Source: Pseudomonadota bacterium
GTDB taxonomy: Bacteria > Pseudomonadota > Gammaproteobacteria > Burkholderiales > JBEEJL01
Assembly (NCBI GenBank): GCA_043744215.1
Contig: JAYTVC010000045.1
Coordinates: forward strand, 1,368 to 65,367
Direction of reading: 5' to 3'
Length of the DNA: 64,000 nt
The notes beneath the pieces were generated by a model. The model searched no databases, had not been told where the DNA came from, and worked only from the letters and a program-made list of their open reading frames with translations. Position numbers and translations under genes: made by a program. Positions 38,282-51,482 of the stretch are shown here, in pieces; within the stretch, counting starts at the first letter, position 1, and every line of letters starts with the position of its first letter.

Positions 38282-38752
38282 TCACTCGCGATGGTAGGGA
38301 TGATTCTGCGTGATCGAATACGCGCGATAAAGTTGCTCTGCCAACAAAACCCGCGCCATGCCGTGGGGCAATGTCATGGCCGACAACGCGAGCATTTTTT
38401 GCGCGCGCTGCTTAATGCTTGCGTGCAATCCATCGGCACCGCCGATGACGAAGGCCACATCGCGGCCGTCAGCCATCCAGTTGCGCAACCAATCCGCCAA
38501 AGCTTGTGTGGTCACTTGCGCGCCGCGCTCATCAAGCGCGATCACATTGACGCCATCAGGCAGCGCCGCTTCGATGCGGATTTTTTCTGCTTCCATCATT
38601 TGCAGGGCTGTTTTACCCGTGTCGCGTTTTTCCGGTTTGATTTCCTTCAGCTCAATGCGCAAATGGGGTGGCATGCGTTTGGCGTATTCATCAAAGGCGG
38701 CATTCACCCAATCGGGCATTTTGTTACCGACAGCAATGATGGTCAATTTCAA
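38282..38752 (-). CDS. rlmH: 23S rRNA (pseudouridine1915-N3)-methyltransferase
   Basis: 156 aa SPOUT-type sequence (VIGGADGL...[10 protein letters not shown]). Conserved position downstream of rsfS. Confidence 0.9.
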   Translation of the reverse strand: MKLTIIAVGNKMPDWVNAAFDEYAKRMPPHLRIELKEIKPEKRDTGKTALQMMEAEKIRIEAALPDGVNVIALDERGAQVTTQALADWLRNWMADGRDVAFVIGGADGLHASIKQRAQKMLALSAMTLPHGMARVLLAEQLYRAYSITQNHPYHRE

Positions 38753-38754
38753 TG

Positions 38755-39354
38755 CTATGCGCGCTTTTTACTGGGTAGTTTTTTGGCGGTCACTTTTTTG
38801 GCGGCTGGTTTTTTTGCTGCCGGTTTTTTGGCTGTTGGCGTTTTCGAAACCGGTTTTTTTACGACGGGTTTTTTTACGACGGGTTTTTTCCTGGCCGCGC
38901 TGGGCACTTCCTGTTCGATTTTCTTCTCTGTCATTTTTTTTGCCGCAGGTTTTTTGGCGGCGGTTTTTTTCTTTAGCGCAGGCTTTTCGTCTGATTCAGC
39001 GTCATCATCTTTTTGTTTGCTGCCACGAGGCGGCGGGTGATCCCACAATTCTTCCAGGTTGTAATACTCGCGCGTGGCCGGATGCATCACATGCACGATC
39101 AAGTCGCCGCAATCGACCAGCACCCATTCACCGCTTTCTTCACCTTCGATGCTGAGCACCAGGCCGCCGGCTTGTTTCACTTTCACCACGACGTTGTTTG
39201 CCAGCGCCTTGGTTTGCCGAACGGAGTCGGCGCTCGCCACGATGATGAAGTCGAATAGTGAGGACAAATGCTTCACGTCCATGATTTTGATGTCTTTAGC
39301 CTTGATGTCTTCAAGGGCATCGACGGCGATTTTTTTAAGTTTTGCGGGAGTCAT
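38755..39354 (-). CDS. rsfS: ribosomal silencing factor RsfS with a roughly 87-aa Lys/Ala/Pro-rich C-terminal extension
   Basis: The core aligns with RsfS (KDIKIMDV...[21 protein letters not shown]...[14 protein letters not shown]...YNLEELW). The tail carries KKPAAKK / KKPVVKK repeats. I trimmed the start to ATG 39354 to avoid overlapping nadD. Confidence 0.85.
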   Translation of the reverse strand: MTPAKLKKIAVDALEDIKAKDIKIMDVKHLSSLFDFIIVASADSVRQTKALANNVVVKVKQAGGLVLSIEGEESGEWVLVDCGDLIVHVMHPATREYYNLEELWDHPPPRGSKQKDDDAESDEKPALKKKTAAKKPAAKKMTEKKIEQEVPSAARKKPVVKKPVVKKPVSKTPTAKKPAAKKPAAKKVTAKKLPSKKRA

Positions 39355-39373
39355 GCAATTCCAATAAGTTAAA

Positions 39374-40045
39374 TTAATTAGGGCGGTACAGGTTTTGTTG
39401 CTGGATGTATTGCGCAACCGCGTCGGGAATTAAATAACGCGCAGAGCGCCCGGCACCGAACAGCGCGCGGATGCGCGTAGCGGAAATATCCAGCGGCGTC
39501 ATGCTGAGCGTGGCAATGTGCCCGGCAGGTGCGGCGCGCAACAGCGTGGCATTGGCGGTGAAACGCTTTTGATATTCGTCGCGCAATGCGGGAGTCAGCG
39601 TATTCACATCGAGCGCCGCGCCGGGCCGTGTGGCAACGGCAACATGGGACAGCGCAAACAATTCCTGCCAGCGATGCCAGGTATGCAAATTGACAAACGC
39701 ATCCGCGCCGACGATCAGCACCAGTGCCGTAGTGGCGCCCAACTCGATGCGCAACTCACTCAGCGTATCGATGGTATAACTGGCCTTGTCGCGTTTCACT
39801 TCGCGCTCATCGGCCGCGAACCGCGCATTGCCGGCAATGGCCGCCTTCACCATGGCGAGGCGATGGTCCGCCGGGGCGCGCGGCACACTGCGTTGCCAGG
39901 GTTTGCCCGCAGGAATAAACAGAATACCATCCAGCTTGAAATGATCGGCGGCTTCTTCGGCAAGGCGAAGATGGCCGAAGTGAACCGGGTCGAAGGTGCC
40001 GCCGAGGATGCCGACCGCACGGCTGTTGGAAGTTGATGCGCTCAA
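39374..40045 (-). CDS. nadD: nicotinate-nucleotide adenylyltransferase
   Basis: GGTFDPVHFGH (HxGH) motif. 223 aa. Confidence 0.92.
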   Translation of the reverse strand: MSASTSNSRAVGILGGTFDPVHFGHLRLAEEAADHFKLDGILFIPAGKPWQRSVPRAPADHRLAMVKAAIAGNARFAADEREVKRDKASYTIDTLSELRIELGATTALVLIVGADAFVNLHTWHRWQELFALSHVAVATRPGAALDVNTLTPALRDEYQKRFTANATLLRAAPAGHIATLSMTPLDISATRIRALFGAGRSARYLIPDAVAQYIQQQNLYRPN

Positions 40046-40058
40046 AATGGTTGGCCGC

Positions 40059-41327
40059 TCATGTTCGGATTTGCCCGCTGCCGAGCACGATATATTTTTG
40101 CGATGTCAAACCTTCGAGCCCCACCGGCCCGCGCGCGTGCAGCTTGTCGGTAGAAATGCCAATCTCCGCACCCAGGCCGTATTCAAAGCCATCGGCGAAG
40201 CGCGTTGAGGCATTCACCATCACGCTGGAAGAATCCACTTCGCGCAGAAAACGCATGGCGCGGCTGTAGTCCTCGGTGACAATCGTATCGGTGTGGGCCG
40301 AACCGTACTTGCTGATGTGTTCCATCGCCGCGTCGAGATTTTTTACAATGCGCACCGCAAGAATCGGCGCGAGATACTCGGCGTACCAATCTTCTTCTGT
40401 TGCCGCTTTCATTTGTGGCACCAGTTTTCTCGCCGCCGGGTCTCCGCGCAATTCGACTTTTTTGTCGAGATAAATTTGCGCCAGCGGCGGCAAAACAATG
40501 GCGGCGATTTTCTCGTGCACCAATAGCGTTTCCATGGTGTTGCAGGTGCCGTAACGCTGGGTCTTGGCGTTGTCGGCGATTTTTACCGCCTTGTCAGGGT
40601 CGGCTTTCGAGTCGATATATACATGGCACACGCCATCCAGATGTTTAATGACGGGAATGCGCGCGTCATTGCTGATGCGCTCGATCAGCCCCTTGCCGCC
40701 GCGCGGCACAATCACATCGACATATTTATTCATGCTGATGAGCTCGCCCACCGCCGCGCGGTCGGTGGTCTCAACCACCTGCACGGCGCTCTCTGGCAAG
40801 CCCGCAGCGCGCAGGCCCTCGTGAACGCAAGCGGCGATAGCCTGGTTGGAATGCATCGCTTCGGAGCCGCCGCGCAATATGCAGGCATTGCCCGCCTTCA
40901 AACACAAGCCTGCCGCATCCGCCGTGACGTTGGGACGCGATTCGTAAATAATGCCGATCACGCCAAGCGGTACGCGCATCTTGCCAACCTGTATGCCTGA
41001 GGGCCGGTATTTCAGATCAGTGATTTCACCCACCGGATCGGGCAGCGCGGCGATTTGCTCCAAGCCCTCGGCGATGGATTCGATGGTCATTTCATTTAAT
41101 TTCAGGCGGTCGATCATTGCGCTTTCCAACTCTTTAGCGCGTGCGGCCTGCACATCTTTTGCGTTGGCTGCCATCAGTGACGGCGCGTTCGCGCGAATAG
41201 CCGCGGCCATCGCAAGCAACGCTGCATTTTTTGCGCCCGTGTTGGCCCTGGCAATGGCGCGCGATGCGATGCGCGCCTGCTCGCCCACTTGTTTCATATA
41301 CGACTTGATGTCGAGTTTCATGTCCAT
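40059..41327 (-). CDS. proA: gamma-glutamyl phosphate reductase
   Basis: Aldehyde-dehydrogenase-fold ProA blocks ([22 protein letters not shown]). I trimmed the start to ATG 41327 ([11 protein letters not shown]), downstream of the holA stop. Confidence 0.9.
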   Translation of the reverse strand: MDMKLDIKSYMKQVGEQARIASRAIARANTGAKNAALLAMAAAIRANAPSLMAANAKDVQAARAKELESAMIDRLKLNEMTIESIAEGLEQIAALPDPVGEITDLKYRPSGIQVGKMRVPLGVIGIIYESRPNVTADAAGLCLKAGNACILRGGSEAMHSNQAIAACVHEGLRAAGLPESAVQVVETTDRAAVGELISMNKYVDVIVPRGGKGLIERISNDARIPVIKHLDGVCHVYIDSKADPDKAVKIADNAKTQRYGTCNTMETLLVHEKIAAIVLPPLAQIYLDKKVELRGDPAARKLVPQMKAATEEDWYAEYLAPILAVRIVKNLDAAMEHISKYGSAHTDTIVTEDYSRAMRFLREVDSSSVMVNASTRFADGFEYGLGAEIGISTDKLHARGPVGLEGLTSQKYIVLGSGQIRT

Positions 41328-41344
41328 CGTTGCACCATCATGCT

Positions 41345-42373
41345 TTACGCCAGTTCTTTTATAGCAGGCTTGCCCGCCGTTAACAGCGCCAATTGCAATA
41401 ACGCATCCCACACATCGCCACGGCGCAAACCTTTAATCATCTGATCTGCCTGCGCGGCACGGGCCAGGGCCATTTTTAATTGGGCCGGTTCGGCGCGCCT
41501 GGCCGCTTTTTCAATCAACTGTTGCCGCGCTCCCCATACCCGTGCATCTCGCAGAAGTTGAGATAGGGCCCGGCCGCTTTGCAAGCCTTCGCTAATCTTT
41601 AACAGCGCGCGAATTTCTTCGGTAATCGCCCACAATACTAAAGGCGGCGCGGCGCCTTCTCCCTGCAAACCTTCCATCATGCGCACCAGCCGGGGAATGT
41701 CCCGCGCCAATACCGCTTCGCCCAGCTTCCTTACATCATAGCGCGATACGTCGAGCACCGCCTCACGCACGGCATCGCCATCCAGCGCGCCTTCGGGAAA
41801 CAGCAGCGCGAGTTTTTGCACCTCTTGATACGCCGCCAATAAATTGCCCTCGACACGCTCCGTCAGCCATTGCAGCGTCTCGCGGTCGCAAGTTTGTTTT
41901 TGCGCAGCCAGTCGCAACGACAGCCATTCCGGCAATTGCTGCCGCGAAACTTCTTTCGCTTCGACCGCTACGCCTGCCGATTCCAACGCGGTAAACCAGC
42001 GGCCACTTAATTGCGTGCGATCAAGCGCGGGCAAGCTGACAAGACAAATCGTGTCATCGGGCAAGCGCTCGCAAAATTTTACGATAGCTTCGCTGCCTTC
42101 AACGCCGGGCTTGCCGCCGGGGATGCGCAGTTCCAAAATGCGTTTTGACGCGAACAGGGAAAAACTGTTGGCACTCATGTTGAGCGAACCCCAGTTGAAA
42201 CCCGTTTCAACCGTGAGCACTTCGCGCTCCGCATAACCGTCTTTACGCGCAGCAGCACGGATGCGGTCGGCCGCTTCGAGCGTGAGTAAAGGCTCGGCAC
42301 CGAACAGCGTATAGAGTGGTGCCAGTTTTTTTGCAAGTTGCGCAGCGAGTTGTTCGGTAGCAATGCGCATCAA
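41345..42373 (-). CDS. holA: DNA polymerase III delta subunit
   Basis: 342 aa with a HolA-type N-terminus ([14 protein letters not shown]). Conserved lptE-holA arrangement with a 4-nt overlap. Confidence 0.85.
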   Translation of the reverse strand: MMRIATEQLAAQLAKKLAPLYTLFGAEPLLTLEAADRIRAAARKDGYAEREVLTVETGFNWGSLNMSANSFSLFASKRILELRIPGGKPGVEGSEAIVKFCERLPDDTICLVSLPALDRTQLSGRWFTALESAGVAVEAKEVSRQQLPEWLSLRLAAQKQTCDRETLQWLTERVEGNLLAAYQEVQKLALLFPEGALDGDAVREAVLDVSRYDVRKLGEAVLARDIPRLVRMMEGLQGEGAAPPLVLWAITEEIRALLKISEGLQSGRALSQLLRDARVWGARQQLIEKAARRAEPAQLKMALARAAQADQMIKGLRRGDVWDALLQLALLTAGKPAIKELA

Positions 42374-42852
42374 CGTTTAACCAGCGCCAGCCGGCGCAAA
42401 ATTTGTTGCGCGGCATCCTGCTGCATGTCGCGGTAGAGCAAGGCTTCTTCCTGCTCTTTTGCCAACACTTGCACATCGCTGTAGGACAAAATGCGGTTGA
42501 GCACCAGCTCGCTCGGCGGAATCAGTTCTTTTTTCGCGCCATCGATGACTTTGTAATTTACGCGATAACGCAATTGCAGTTCGCGCACACGGCCTGCGCT
42601 GTTGAGCGCGAGAATGATTCTTTCTCGCTGCTCGCCAACTAATTGCAATTGCGCATCGGCCTCGGAATCTTTTGTTACGATGGTTGTAGTGGATGAATTG
42701 GTCACCGCGCGTTTCAAATCCGTTTGCAAGGACGACCCGTCGCCGCCGGAAATAAACAGCGTGGCAAACGGCAGCGACGCATCACCGCGCAGTTGAAATC
42801 CGCAAGCGGATAATGCTAAAATATTGATAATAATCAAATAGTTACGTAACAT
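42370..42852 (-). CDS. lptE: LPS-assembly lipoprotein LptE
   Basis: Lipobox LALSACG. 160 aa. Located directly downstream of leuS, as in many proteobacteria. Confidence 0.85.
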   Translation of the reverse strand: MLRNYLIIINILALSACGFQLRGDASLPFATLFISGGDGSSLQTDLKRAVTNSSTTTIVTKDSEADAQLQLVGEQRERIILALNSAGRVRELQLRYRVNYKVIDGAKKELIPPSELVLNRILSYSDVQVLAKEQEEALLYRDMQQDAAQQILRRLALVKR

Positions 42853-42857
42853 TCCGT

Positions 42858-45506
<2,649 letters not shown>

Positions 45507-45539
45507 CTACACTAAGAAAGTCTCTGCCGAAAATTTGAA

Positions 45540-45968
45540 TTGTTTCGCTCATTGTTTCGCTTATTGTTACGAGGAGCCATCATATTTACTCAACCCCGTT
45601 CTTCTGCGCTCACACATTTAATCCTTGTCTTTGCCGCAGGCGCTTTGCTCAATTCATGCGGATCATCGAGCACGACTGCCGACGTCAACCCGACACCGAC
45701 GCCGCCTGGCGGGTTAAATCTGCAATGGGAAAACATGGCCACCGGCTTCGCCGAGCCGGTTTTTTTAACCTCACCTGCAAATGACACGCGTTTATTTGTG
45801 GTGGAAAAAGGCGGCCGGATAAAAATCATCCAAAATGGCGCAGCAAGCGAGCAGAAAGATTGGCCTTCACTCAATTTAGCCAGCCTCGCTTCGTTCGGTG
45901 TCGATTCAGCGGGAGAAATGTATGGCGTGTCTTTGAATGGCTCCGTAAAGCGGCTCTCGCGGCAATGA
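45540..45968 (+). pseudogene. possible internally deleted remnant of a PQQ-dependent sugar (glucose/sorbosone) dehydrogenase lipoprotein
   Basis: TTG start and lipobox-like LLNSCG. The N-terminal block GFAEPVFLTSPANDTRLFVVEKGGRIKIIQNG and the C-terminal block SFGVDSAGEMYGVSLNGSVKRL resemble the first and last blades of roughly 380-aa GSDH-type beta-propellers. Only 142 aa remain. Confidence 0.4.
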
Positions 45969-45994
45969 GGGTGCAAATCGACGATAGTATGTAG

Positions 45995-46016
45995 CTATAT
46001 GATTTATATGAATAAT
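45995..46016 (+). repeat. AT-rich motif, degenerate copy (CTATATGATTTATATGAATAAT)
   Basis: By hand alignment it matches copy B (CTATTTGATTATATTGAATAAT) except for a shifted T/A in the middle. Confidence 0.5.
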
Positions 46017-46106
46017 TTACAATTTAAAGCATGGGTGCCGTTTAAAACATTCTGCTAAACTGTGTAACGATAAAAATTAATCCTAACCGCAAAAATAAAA
46101 ACATTC

Positions 46107-47834
46107 ATGCACTCAGCCAGCATCTACACTTTCATCCGCTATTTATTTCTTGTCTTGTTATGTCAGGCTGGCTGGTCGCTTTCTGCTTTTGCCGCAACAT
46201 CACCCACCCTGCCATTTGCGCTTGATGTGCTTACCATCAAACAAAGCGATGTCGCGCTCAACGACATAGTCAGCGTGCGGCAATCGCCGGGCTTTGCGCC
46301 GTCGCTTCGCCAGCTCGACGACATCAAGGTTCCCGCGCAAAACAACACCTGGTTGCGCTTCAGTTTGACGCAAGACTGGCCGCACCCGTTGCCGCCGGTG
46401 CTGGCGATCAGCAACGAAAGTATGGCGCAACGTATCACGCTCTATCTGCCGCCGGATTTTGCGCCGCGCGAATATAATTTATTTGATCGAACCACGGCAC
46501 CGGGTTTTTCGCGCGAAGGCGTCTTTATGCCGCTCGCGCCGAACCTTAAAGCAGGCGATCAAATATTCGCAAAAATTACTGCCGGAAGTCAGGAGCGGCA
46601 TATCTCGCTCAAGCTCGACGAATATACCGCGATGACCGATTACGATGCACGCAATGTGCGTTTCACCACCATCATATTATCGATTTTTTTTACTGTGGCG
46701 CTGTGTACATTTTTTTACTGGCTGTTTTTCCCCGAGCGCATTTTGCTGTTCTACATTGGCATGGTGGCAGGGCAGTTTCTCTATGTGTTGTATGTACGCG
46801 GCGACGGCCTGACGTTATATTTTCCACAAAACCTCAATCTGGCGATGGCGCTGGTGGGCGGCTTGCCGGTATCAATGTATGCCGCTTTTTCAGTCTTGTT
46901 CATGCGCGAATTTATCCAGTTAAAAAAATACTCGGTGCTGGCCGACCGCACCAGCCTGGTGTTCGCGGCGCTTATTTTTGCCTGTGGTTTAACCCATGCA
47001 CTGGCACCGTATAGCTGGCACTCGCACATCATGGACATCGGCAACCTGATATACCTGGCGTGGACGCCGCTGATGATCGGCATCACCGCCTGGATTGCGC
47101 GCAAGGGCAACAAAGCCGCGTGGTTTTTGCTGGCAGCCTGGGGGCCAAGCATGCTGCTTGGGCTATACGTTTTATGGGAAATTATATTTGTCGGCAAAAG
47201 CAGCACTGTCGGTTTATTTGCCTATCCGCTTGCCCTTGCGTTTGCTTCGATTACCCTGGTGCTCGGCGTCGCTTATCGCATGTTGCAGCAGCGGCGCGAG
47301 CTGGATATCGCCCGCATTCAAGCGCAACACGACGGGCTTACCGGCGTGCTCAATCGCCGGACCACAATGGAGCGGCTAAAAGCAGAGCATGCAAATGCGT
47401 TGAAATCCAACGACCCGATTGCGCTGATGTTTATTGATCTGGATCATTTCAAGGCGGTGAACGATACGTTTAGCCATGCCGCTGGTGATGCCTGCCTGAA
47501 AACCGTTGTCGAAACACTGCAAAATAATATACGCCACACCGACTTTATTGGGCGCTTTGGCGGCGAAGAATTTTTAGTTGTATTGCCCGGCACCGACACC
47601 GCGACAGTAATGCAACTCGCCGAACGCATGCGCGCGCAGATAGCCGCGCTGCAAATAGCTTACGATGACAAAATTATTTCCATCACCACCAGCATTGGCG
47701 TGACCAACAATCTGCCTGCCTTACACACCGCTCAGGACATGGTGAATTTGGCCGACAAGGCCCTGTATCAGGCCAAAAACGATGGTCGAAATCTGGTCAG
47801 GTTATTGGCGGTTGCAGGAATAAAGTCGAGCTAA
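46107..47834 (+). CDS. 7TMR-DISM-type membrane diguanylate cyclase
   Basis: Signal and extracellular region, then seven hydrophobic segments, then a C-terminal GGDEF domain (GGEEF). 575 aa. Confidence 0.85.
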   Translation: MHSASIYTFIRYLFLVLLCQAGWSLSAFAATSPTLPFALDVLTIKQSDVALNDIVSVRQSPGFAPSLRQLDDIKVPAQNNTWLRFSLTQDWPHPLPPVLAISNESMAQRITLYLPPDFAPREYNLFDRTTAPGFSREGVFMPLAPNLKAGDQIFAKITAGSQERHISLKLDEYTAMTDYDARNVRFTTIILSIFFTVALCTFFYWLFFPERILLFYIGMVAGQFLYVLYVRGDGLTLYFPQNLNLAMALVGGLPVSMYAAFSVLFMREFIQLKKYSVLADRTSLVFAALIFACGLTHALAPYSWHSHIMDIGNLIYLAWTPLMIGITAWIARKGNKAAWFLLAAWGPSMLLGLYVLWEIIFVGKSSTVGLFAYPLALAFASITLVLGVAYRMLQQRRELDIARIQAQHDGLTGVLNRRTTMERLKAEHANALKSNDPIALMFIDLDHFKAVNDTFSHAAGDACLKTVVETLQNNIRHTDFIGRFGGEEFLVVLPGTDTATVMQLAERMRAQIAALQIAYDDKIISITTSIGVTNNLPALHTAQDMVNLADKALYQAKNDGRNLVRLLAVAGIKSS

Positions 47835-47939
47835 TTCTCCTGAAATTAAAGGTGCAAGCCAGGCAATAAATTTTTTCCTGCATCACGCGACGCCGTGTCA
47901 TTGGCATATAATCAGCGACGTCATTTTATTTTTTCCAAT

Positions 47940-50159
47940 ATGTCCTCCGCCCTGCTCTCCGGCCTTAACCCCGAACAACTTGCCGCCGTCACCTTAGGCT
48001 CTGAATCCGCCCTCGTGCTCGCCGGTGCGGGCAGCGGCAAAACCCGCGTGCTCACCACGCGCATCGCGCATTTGATCCAGACCGGCGCGGCTAGCCCCGC
48101 GGGCTTGCTTGCTGTCACGTTCACCAACAAAGCTGCCAAAGAAATGCTCACGCGGCTCTCCACCATGATGCCCATCAACACGCGCGGCATGTGGGTGGGC
48201 ACCTTTCACGGTTTGTGCAATCGACTGCTGCGCGCGCATTTTCGTGAAGCGGGTTTGCCGCAACTGTTCCAGATTCTCGACATGCAGGACCAACTGGCCG
48301 CGATAAAACGTTTGTTGAAAGCAAACCATATCGACGAAGAAAAATTTCCGCCTCGTCAGGTGCAATTTTTCATTGGTGGCAACAAGGAAAAAGGCCTGCG
48401 CGCCAATGCCGTCGAAGCCTACGACCCGTTCACGCGCAAAATGGTCGATCTGTATGCGATGTACGACGAGCAATGCAACCGCGAGGGCGTGGTGGATTTT
48501 GCCGAACTGCTGTTGCGCAGTTATGAGCTGCTGTCGCGCAATGCAAACTTGCTCGAACATTACCGCAACCGTTTCAAATTTATTCTGGTCGACGAGTTTC
48601 AAGATACCAACCGCCTGCAATATAACTGGATCAAATTGCTGGCGGGCGAAACCAATTGCGTGTTCGCCGTGGGCGATGACGACCAATCCATCTACGCGTT
48701 TCGCGGCGCGGAGATCGGCAATATGCGCGAGCTCGAGCGCGATTTTCATATCAAAAAAATTATCAAGCTGGAACAAAATTATCGCTCGCAAGGCAATATT
48801 CTTGACGCAGCTAACTCATTGATTAAAAACAATAATTCTAGGCTCGGCAAAAACCTGTGGACGGCCGCTGGCGAAGGCGAAAAAGTGCGCGTGTTCGAAG
48901 CGTCGAGCGACATGGATGAAGCGCAATTCATCATCGATGAAGTGAATGCGTTACACCGCGAAGGCATGAATTTGAGCGACATGGCGCTGCTGTATCGCTC
49001 TAACGCGCAATCGCGCGTGCTGGAACACGCGTTGTTTCGCGCCGCCATTGGGTATCGCGTTTATGGTGGCCAGCGTTTTTTCGAGCGGCAGGAAATCAAA
49101 CATGCACTCGCCTATTTGCGCCTCGCCGCGAATGCCGACGACGACACGGCGTTTACCCGCGTGGTGAATTTTCCAGCGCGCGGCATCGGCGCGCGCAGCA
49201 TTGAGCAATTACAGGAAGCGGCGAAAATTCAAGGCGTGAGTTTGATGCAGGCCGCGCGAAATTTTTCACCCAGCGGACGCGCGGGCGTGAGCCTGACCCA
49301 TTTTGTTTCGGCGATCGACGACTTAAAATCCAGCTCGGCGAAATTGCCTTTGCAGGAATTGATGGAAGAAATGCTGGACAAAAGCGGCCTGCGCGAATTT
49401 TATCAACTGGAAAAAGAAGGCGCGGACCGGCTGGAAAACCTGAACGAACTTGTCACTGCCGCCGCGTTGTTTCAGGAAGAAGAACAGATCAGCGAGGGGG
49501 ATGGCGAAGCCGGTTCTGAAAGGCGGGACAACAAGCTCGCATCTTTTCTCGCGCACGCCAGCCTGGAAGCGGGCGAACACGAAGCGGGCGCGGGGCAGGA
49601 TGCGCTGCAACTGATGACGGTGCATGCTGCCAAAGGTTTGGAATTCCACGCCGTATTTGTCAGTGGCATTGAAGAAGGTTTGTTCCCTCACGAAAATTCT
49701 CTCAGCGAACAAGACGGCATCGAAGAGGAACGCCGCCTCATGTACGTAGCCATCACCCGTGCGCGCCAGCGTTTGTATTTGAGCTACGCGCAGCAGCGTA
49801 TGCTGCACGGACAAATCCGCTACGGCATCGTGTCGCGCTTCATTGATGAAATTCCCGAAGATTTGACTCATCGCATCGTGTTGCGCAGCAGGGCATCGCA
49901 GTTTCAAGCCGCGCCCACATTTGATCTTGATGCCAAACCCTATTGGAATAAAGCCTCGCAACCTGCAGCGACTTACGGTCAGTCCATCGCCAGCAGTTTG
50001 CCGTTCAATATCGGACAAACGGTGGTCCACGCAAAATTCGGCGAAGGCGTAGTGGTAAATTGCGAAGGCCGTGGCGCCGATGGCCGTGTGCAAGTGAAAT
50101 TCCGCGAGGCAGGCATTAAATGGCTGGCTCTGGAATACGCAAATTTGTCTGCCGCCTAG
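47940..50159 (+). CDS. uvrD: DNA helicase II (UvrD)
   Basis: Walker A AGAGSGKTRVL, a DEFQDTN block and a VTFTNKAA block. I trimmed the start to MSSALLSGLNPEQ, which matches the usual UvrD N-terminus. Confidence 0.92.
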   Translation: MSSALLSGLNPEQLAAVTLGSESALVLAGAGSGKTRVLTTRIAHLIQTGAASPAGLLAVTFTNKAAKEMLTRLSTMMPINTRGMWVGTFHGLCNRLLRAHFREAGLPQLFQILDMQDQLAAIKRLLKANHIDEEKFPPRQVQFFIGGNKEKGLRANAVEAYDPFTRKMVDLYAMYDEQCNREGVVDFAELLLRSYELLSRNANLLEHYRNRFKFILVDEFQDTNRLQYNWIKLLAGETNCVFAVGDDDQSIYAFRGAEIGNMRELERDFHIKKIIKLEQNYRSQGNILDAANSLIKNNNSRLGKNLWTAAGEGEKVRVFEASSDMDEAQFIIDEVNALHREGMNLSDMALLYRSNAQSRVLEHALFRAAIGYRVYGGQRFFERQEIKHALAYLRLAANADDDTAFTRVVNFPARGIGARSIEQLQEAAKIQGVSLMQAARNFSPSGRAGVSLTHFVSAIDDLKSSSAKLPLQELMEEMLDKSGLREFYQLEKEGADRLENLNELVTAAALFQEEEQISEGDGEAGSERRDNKLASFLAHASLEAGEHEAGAGQDALQLMTVHAAKGLEFHAVFVSGIEEGLFPHENSLSEQDGIEEERRLMYVAITRARQRLYLSYAQQRMLHGQIRYGIVSRFIDEIPEDLTHRIVLRSRASQFQAAPTFDLDAKPYWNKASQPAATYGQSIASSLPFNIGQTVVHAKFGEGVVVNCEGRGADGRVQVKFREAGIKWLALEYANLSAA

Positions 50160-50282
50160 CTGCGCTAGTGAATACGCTAGTGAACTGGTGCACAGCTTCG
50201 GCCTGGCACTAAGATTACGATGTAGGTTGTTCTGTTCGGTTTTAAGCCGCGACGCCCAACAGCAAAATAACAGGAGCGCACC

Positions 50283-51482
50283 ATGTCAGATTCGAATATC
50301 TTGGCCCTCGACGGCAACGCGATGGAAGTGGCTGACTTGCCGCCGTTCAACGCCGATGACACGACGGCGGCCAGCCCACCACCTGACTCACCCATTGCCG
50401 CTGCGCCAACGATGCAAGCGCCATCTGCCCGACAAATTCATCCGTTTTTATTTACCGGCAACGCGTCGGAATATTTCCGCATCTGGATTGTGAATATCGC
50501 GTTGTCCATTGCTACGCTGGGCATTTATTCGGCTTGGGCCAAAGTGCGCAAACTGCGTTATTTTTATGGCAACACCACGCTCGACGGTGCGGCGTTTGAA
50601 TACACGGCCGACCCAATAAAAATCCTCAAGGGCCGCATTATCGCCGTTGTCGCACTGGCGGCAGTTTCCGCTTCCAAGACGGTTTATTTGCCGCTGTATT
50701 TCGGTTTGGCCTTGCTCATTTTCATTGCCTTGCCCTGGTTGGTGATCAAATCCCGCTCGTTCAACCTGCGAAACACCCTGCACCGTAACGTGCGTTTTGA
50801 TTTCAAGGCAAGCTATGGTGAAGCCGCCAAAGTATTTATCGCCGGCCCATTGCTCACGGCGTTGTCCTTGGGCTTAGCCTATCCGTGGTATGCGGCAATG
50901 AAAAGCAAATTTATTGTCGATAAAAGTTCTTACGGCACGGCACCGATGAAATTGACAGCGGGCCCCGGCCAGTTTTTCCCCATATTTGTAAAATTAGTTT
51001 TGCTGATGATGGGCATCGGTTTCGCTGCGATGATCGTCATGGGTATCGTCATGGCGGCGATGGGTGCCCTTATCGGGTTGACGGGGATAAGCCCCGAAAG
51101 ACACGCCAAGGCGTTGGTTATGCTGACCTTCGTGGGTGTCGCCGTATTTTATCTCCTGACCATCGTCGGTTCGCGCACTTATCTGCAAGCGGCAACGGGT
51201 AATCTGATTTGGAATAACGCCTCAATGGGTGAGCACCGCTTTCAAAGCACGCTGAAATTTTCCACCCTGCTTTGGCTGGGCTTGACCAATGCCTTTGCCA
51301 TTATTTTTTCCGTCGGCCTGCTCATCCCGTGGGCAACTATCCGCTCAATGCGTTATCGTTTGCACAACACCAGCCTGGTTGCCCACGGCGACCTTGATTC
51401 GATTGCGGCGGGCCAACAGCAACAAACCGGTGCCATCGGCGAAGAAATCAGCAACTTTTTTGATCTGGACATGGGCCTATGA
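50283..51482 (+). CDS. DUF898 (YjgN-like) polytopic membrane protein
   Basis: AGGAG SD. Repeated TM hairpins with the YjgN-type motif (FTGNASEYFRIWIVNIALSIATLGIYSAWAKVR). The stop overlaps the next start (ATGA). Confidence 0.75.
   Translation: MSDSNILALDGNAMEVADLPPFNADDTTAASPPPDSPIAAAPTMQAPSARQIHPFLFTGNASEYFRIWIVNIALSIATLGIYSAWAKVRKLRYFYGNTTLDGAAFEYTADPIKILKGRIIAVVALAAVSASKTVYLPLYFGLALLIFIALPWLVIKSRSFNLRNTLHRNVRFDFKASYGEAAKVFIAGPLLTALSLGLAYPWYAAMKSKFIVDKSSYGTAPMKLTAGPGQFFPIFVKLVLLMMGIGFAAMIVMGIVMAAMGALIGLTGISPERHAKALVMLTFVGVAVFYLLTIVGSRTYLQAATGNLIWNNASMGEHRFQSTLKFSTLLWLGLTNAFAIIFSVGLLIPWATIRSMRYRLHNTSLVAHGDLDSIAAGQQQQTGAIGEEISNFFDLDMGL

Noticed and set aside
38291-39155. Two long plus-strand ORFs (249 and 265 aa) opposite rlmH and rsfS.
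   Set aside because: They are antisense to well-supported genes. Their Phe/Leu-rich repeats (FFAAGF...) are simply the complement of the Lys/Ala codons of the RsfS tail.
50163-50184. The direct repeat CGCTAGTGAA-ta-CGCTAGTGAA just after the uvrD stop.
   Set aside because: It is real in the sequence, but it is a single short 10-nt duplication with no further context. It could be a binding site or a trivial duplication, and I do not consider it strong enough to list as a finding.
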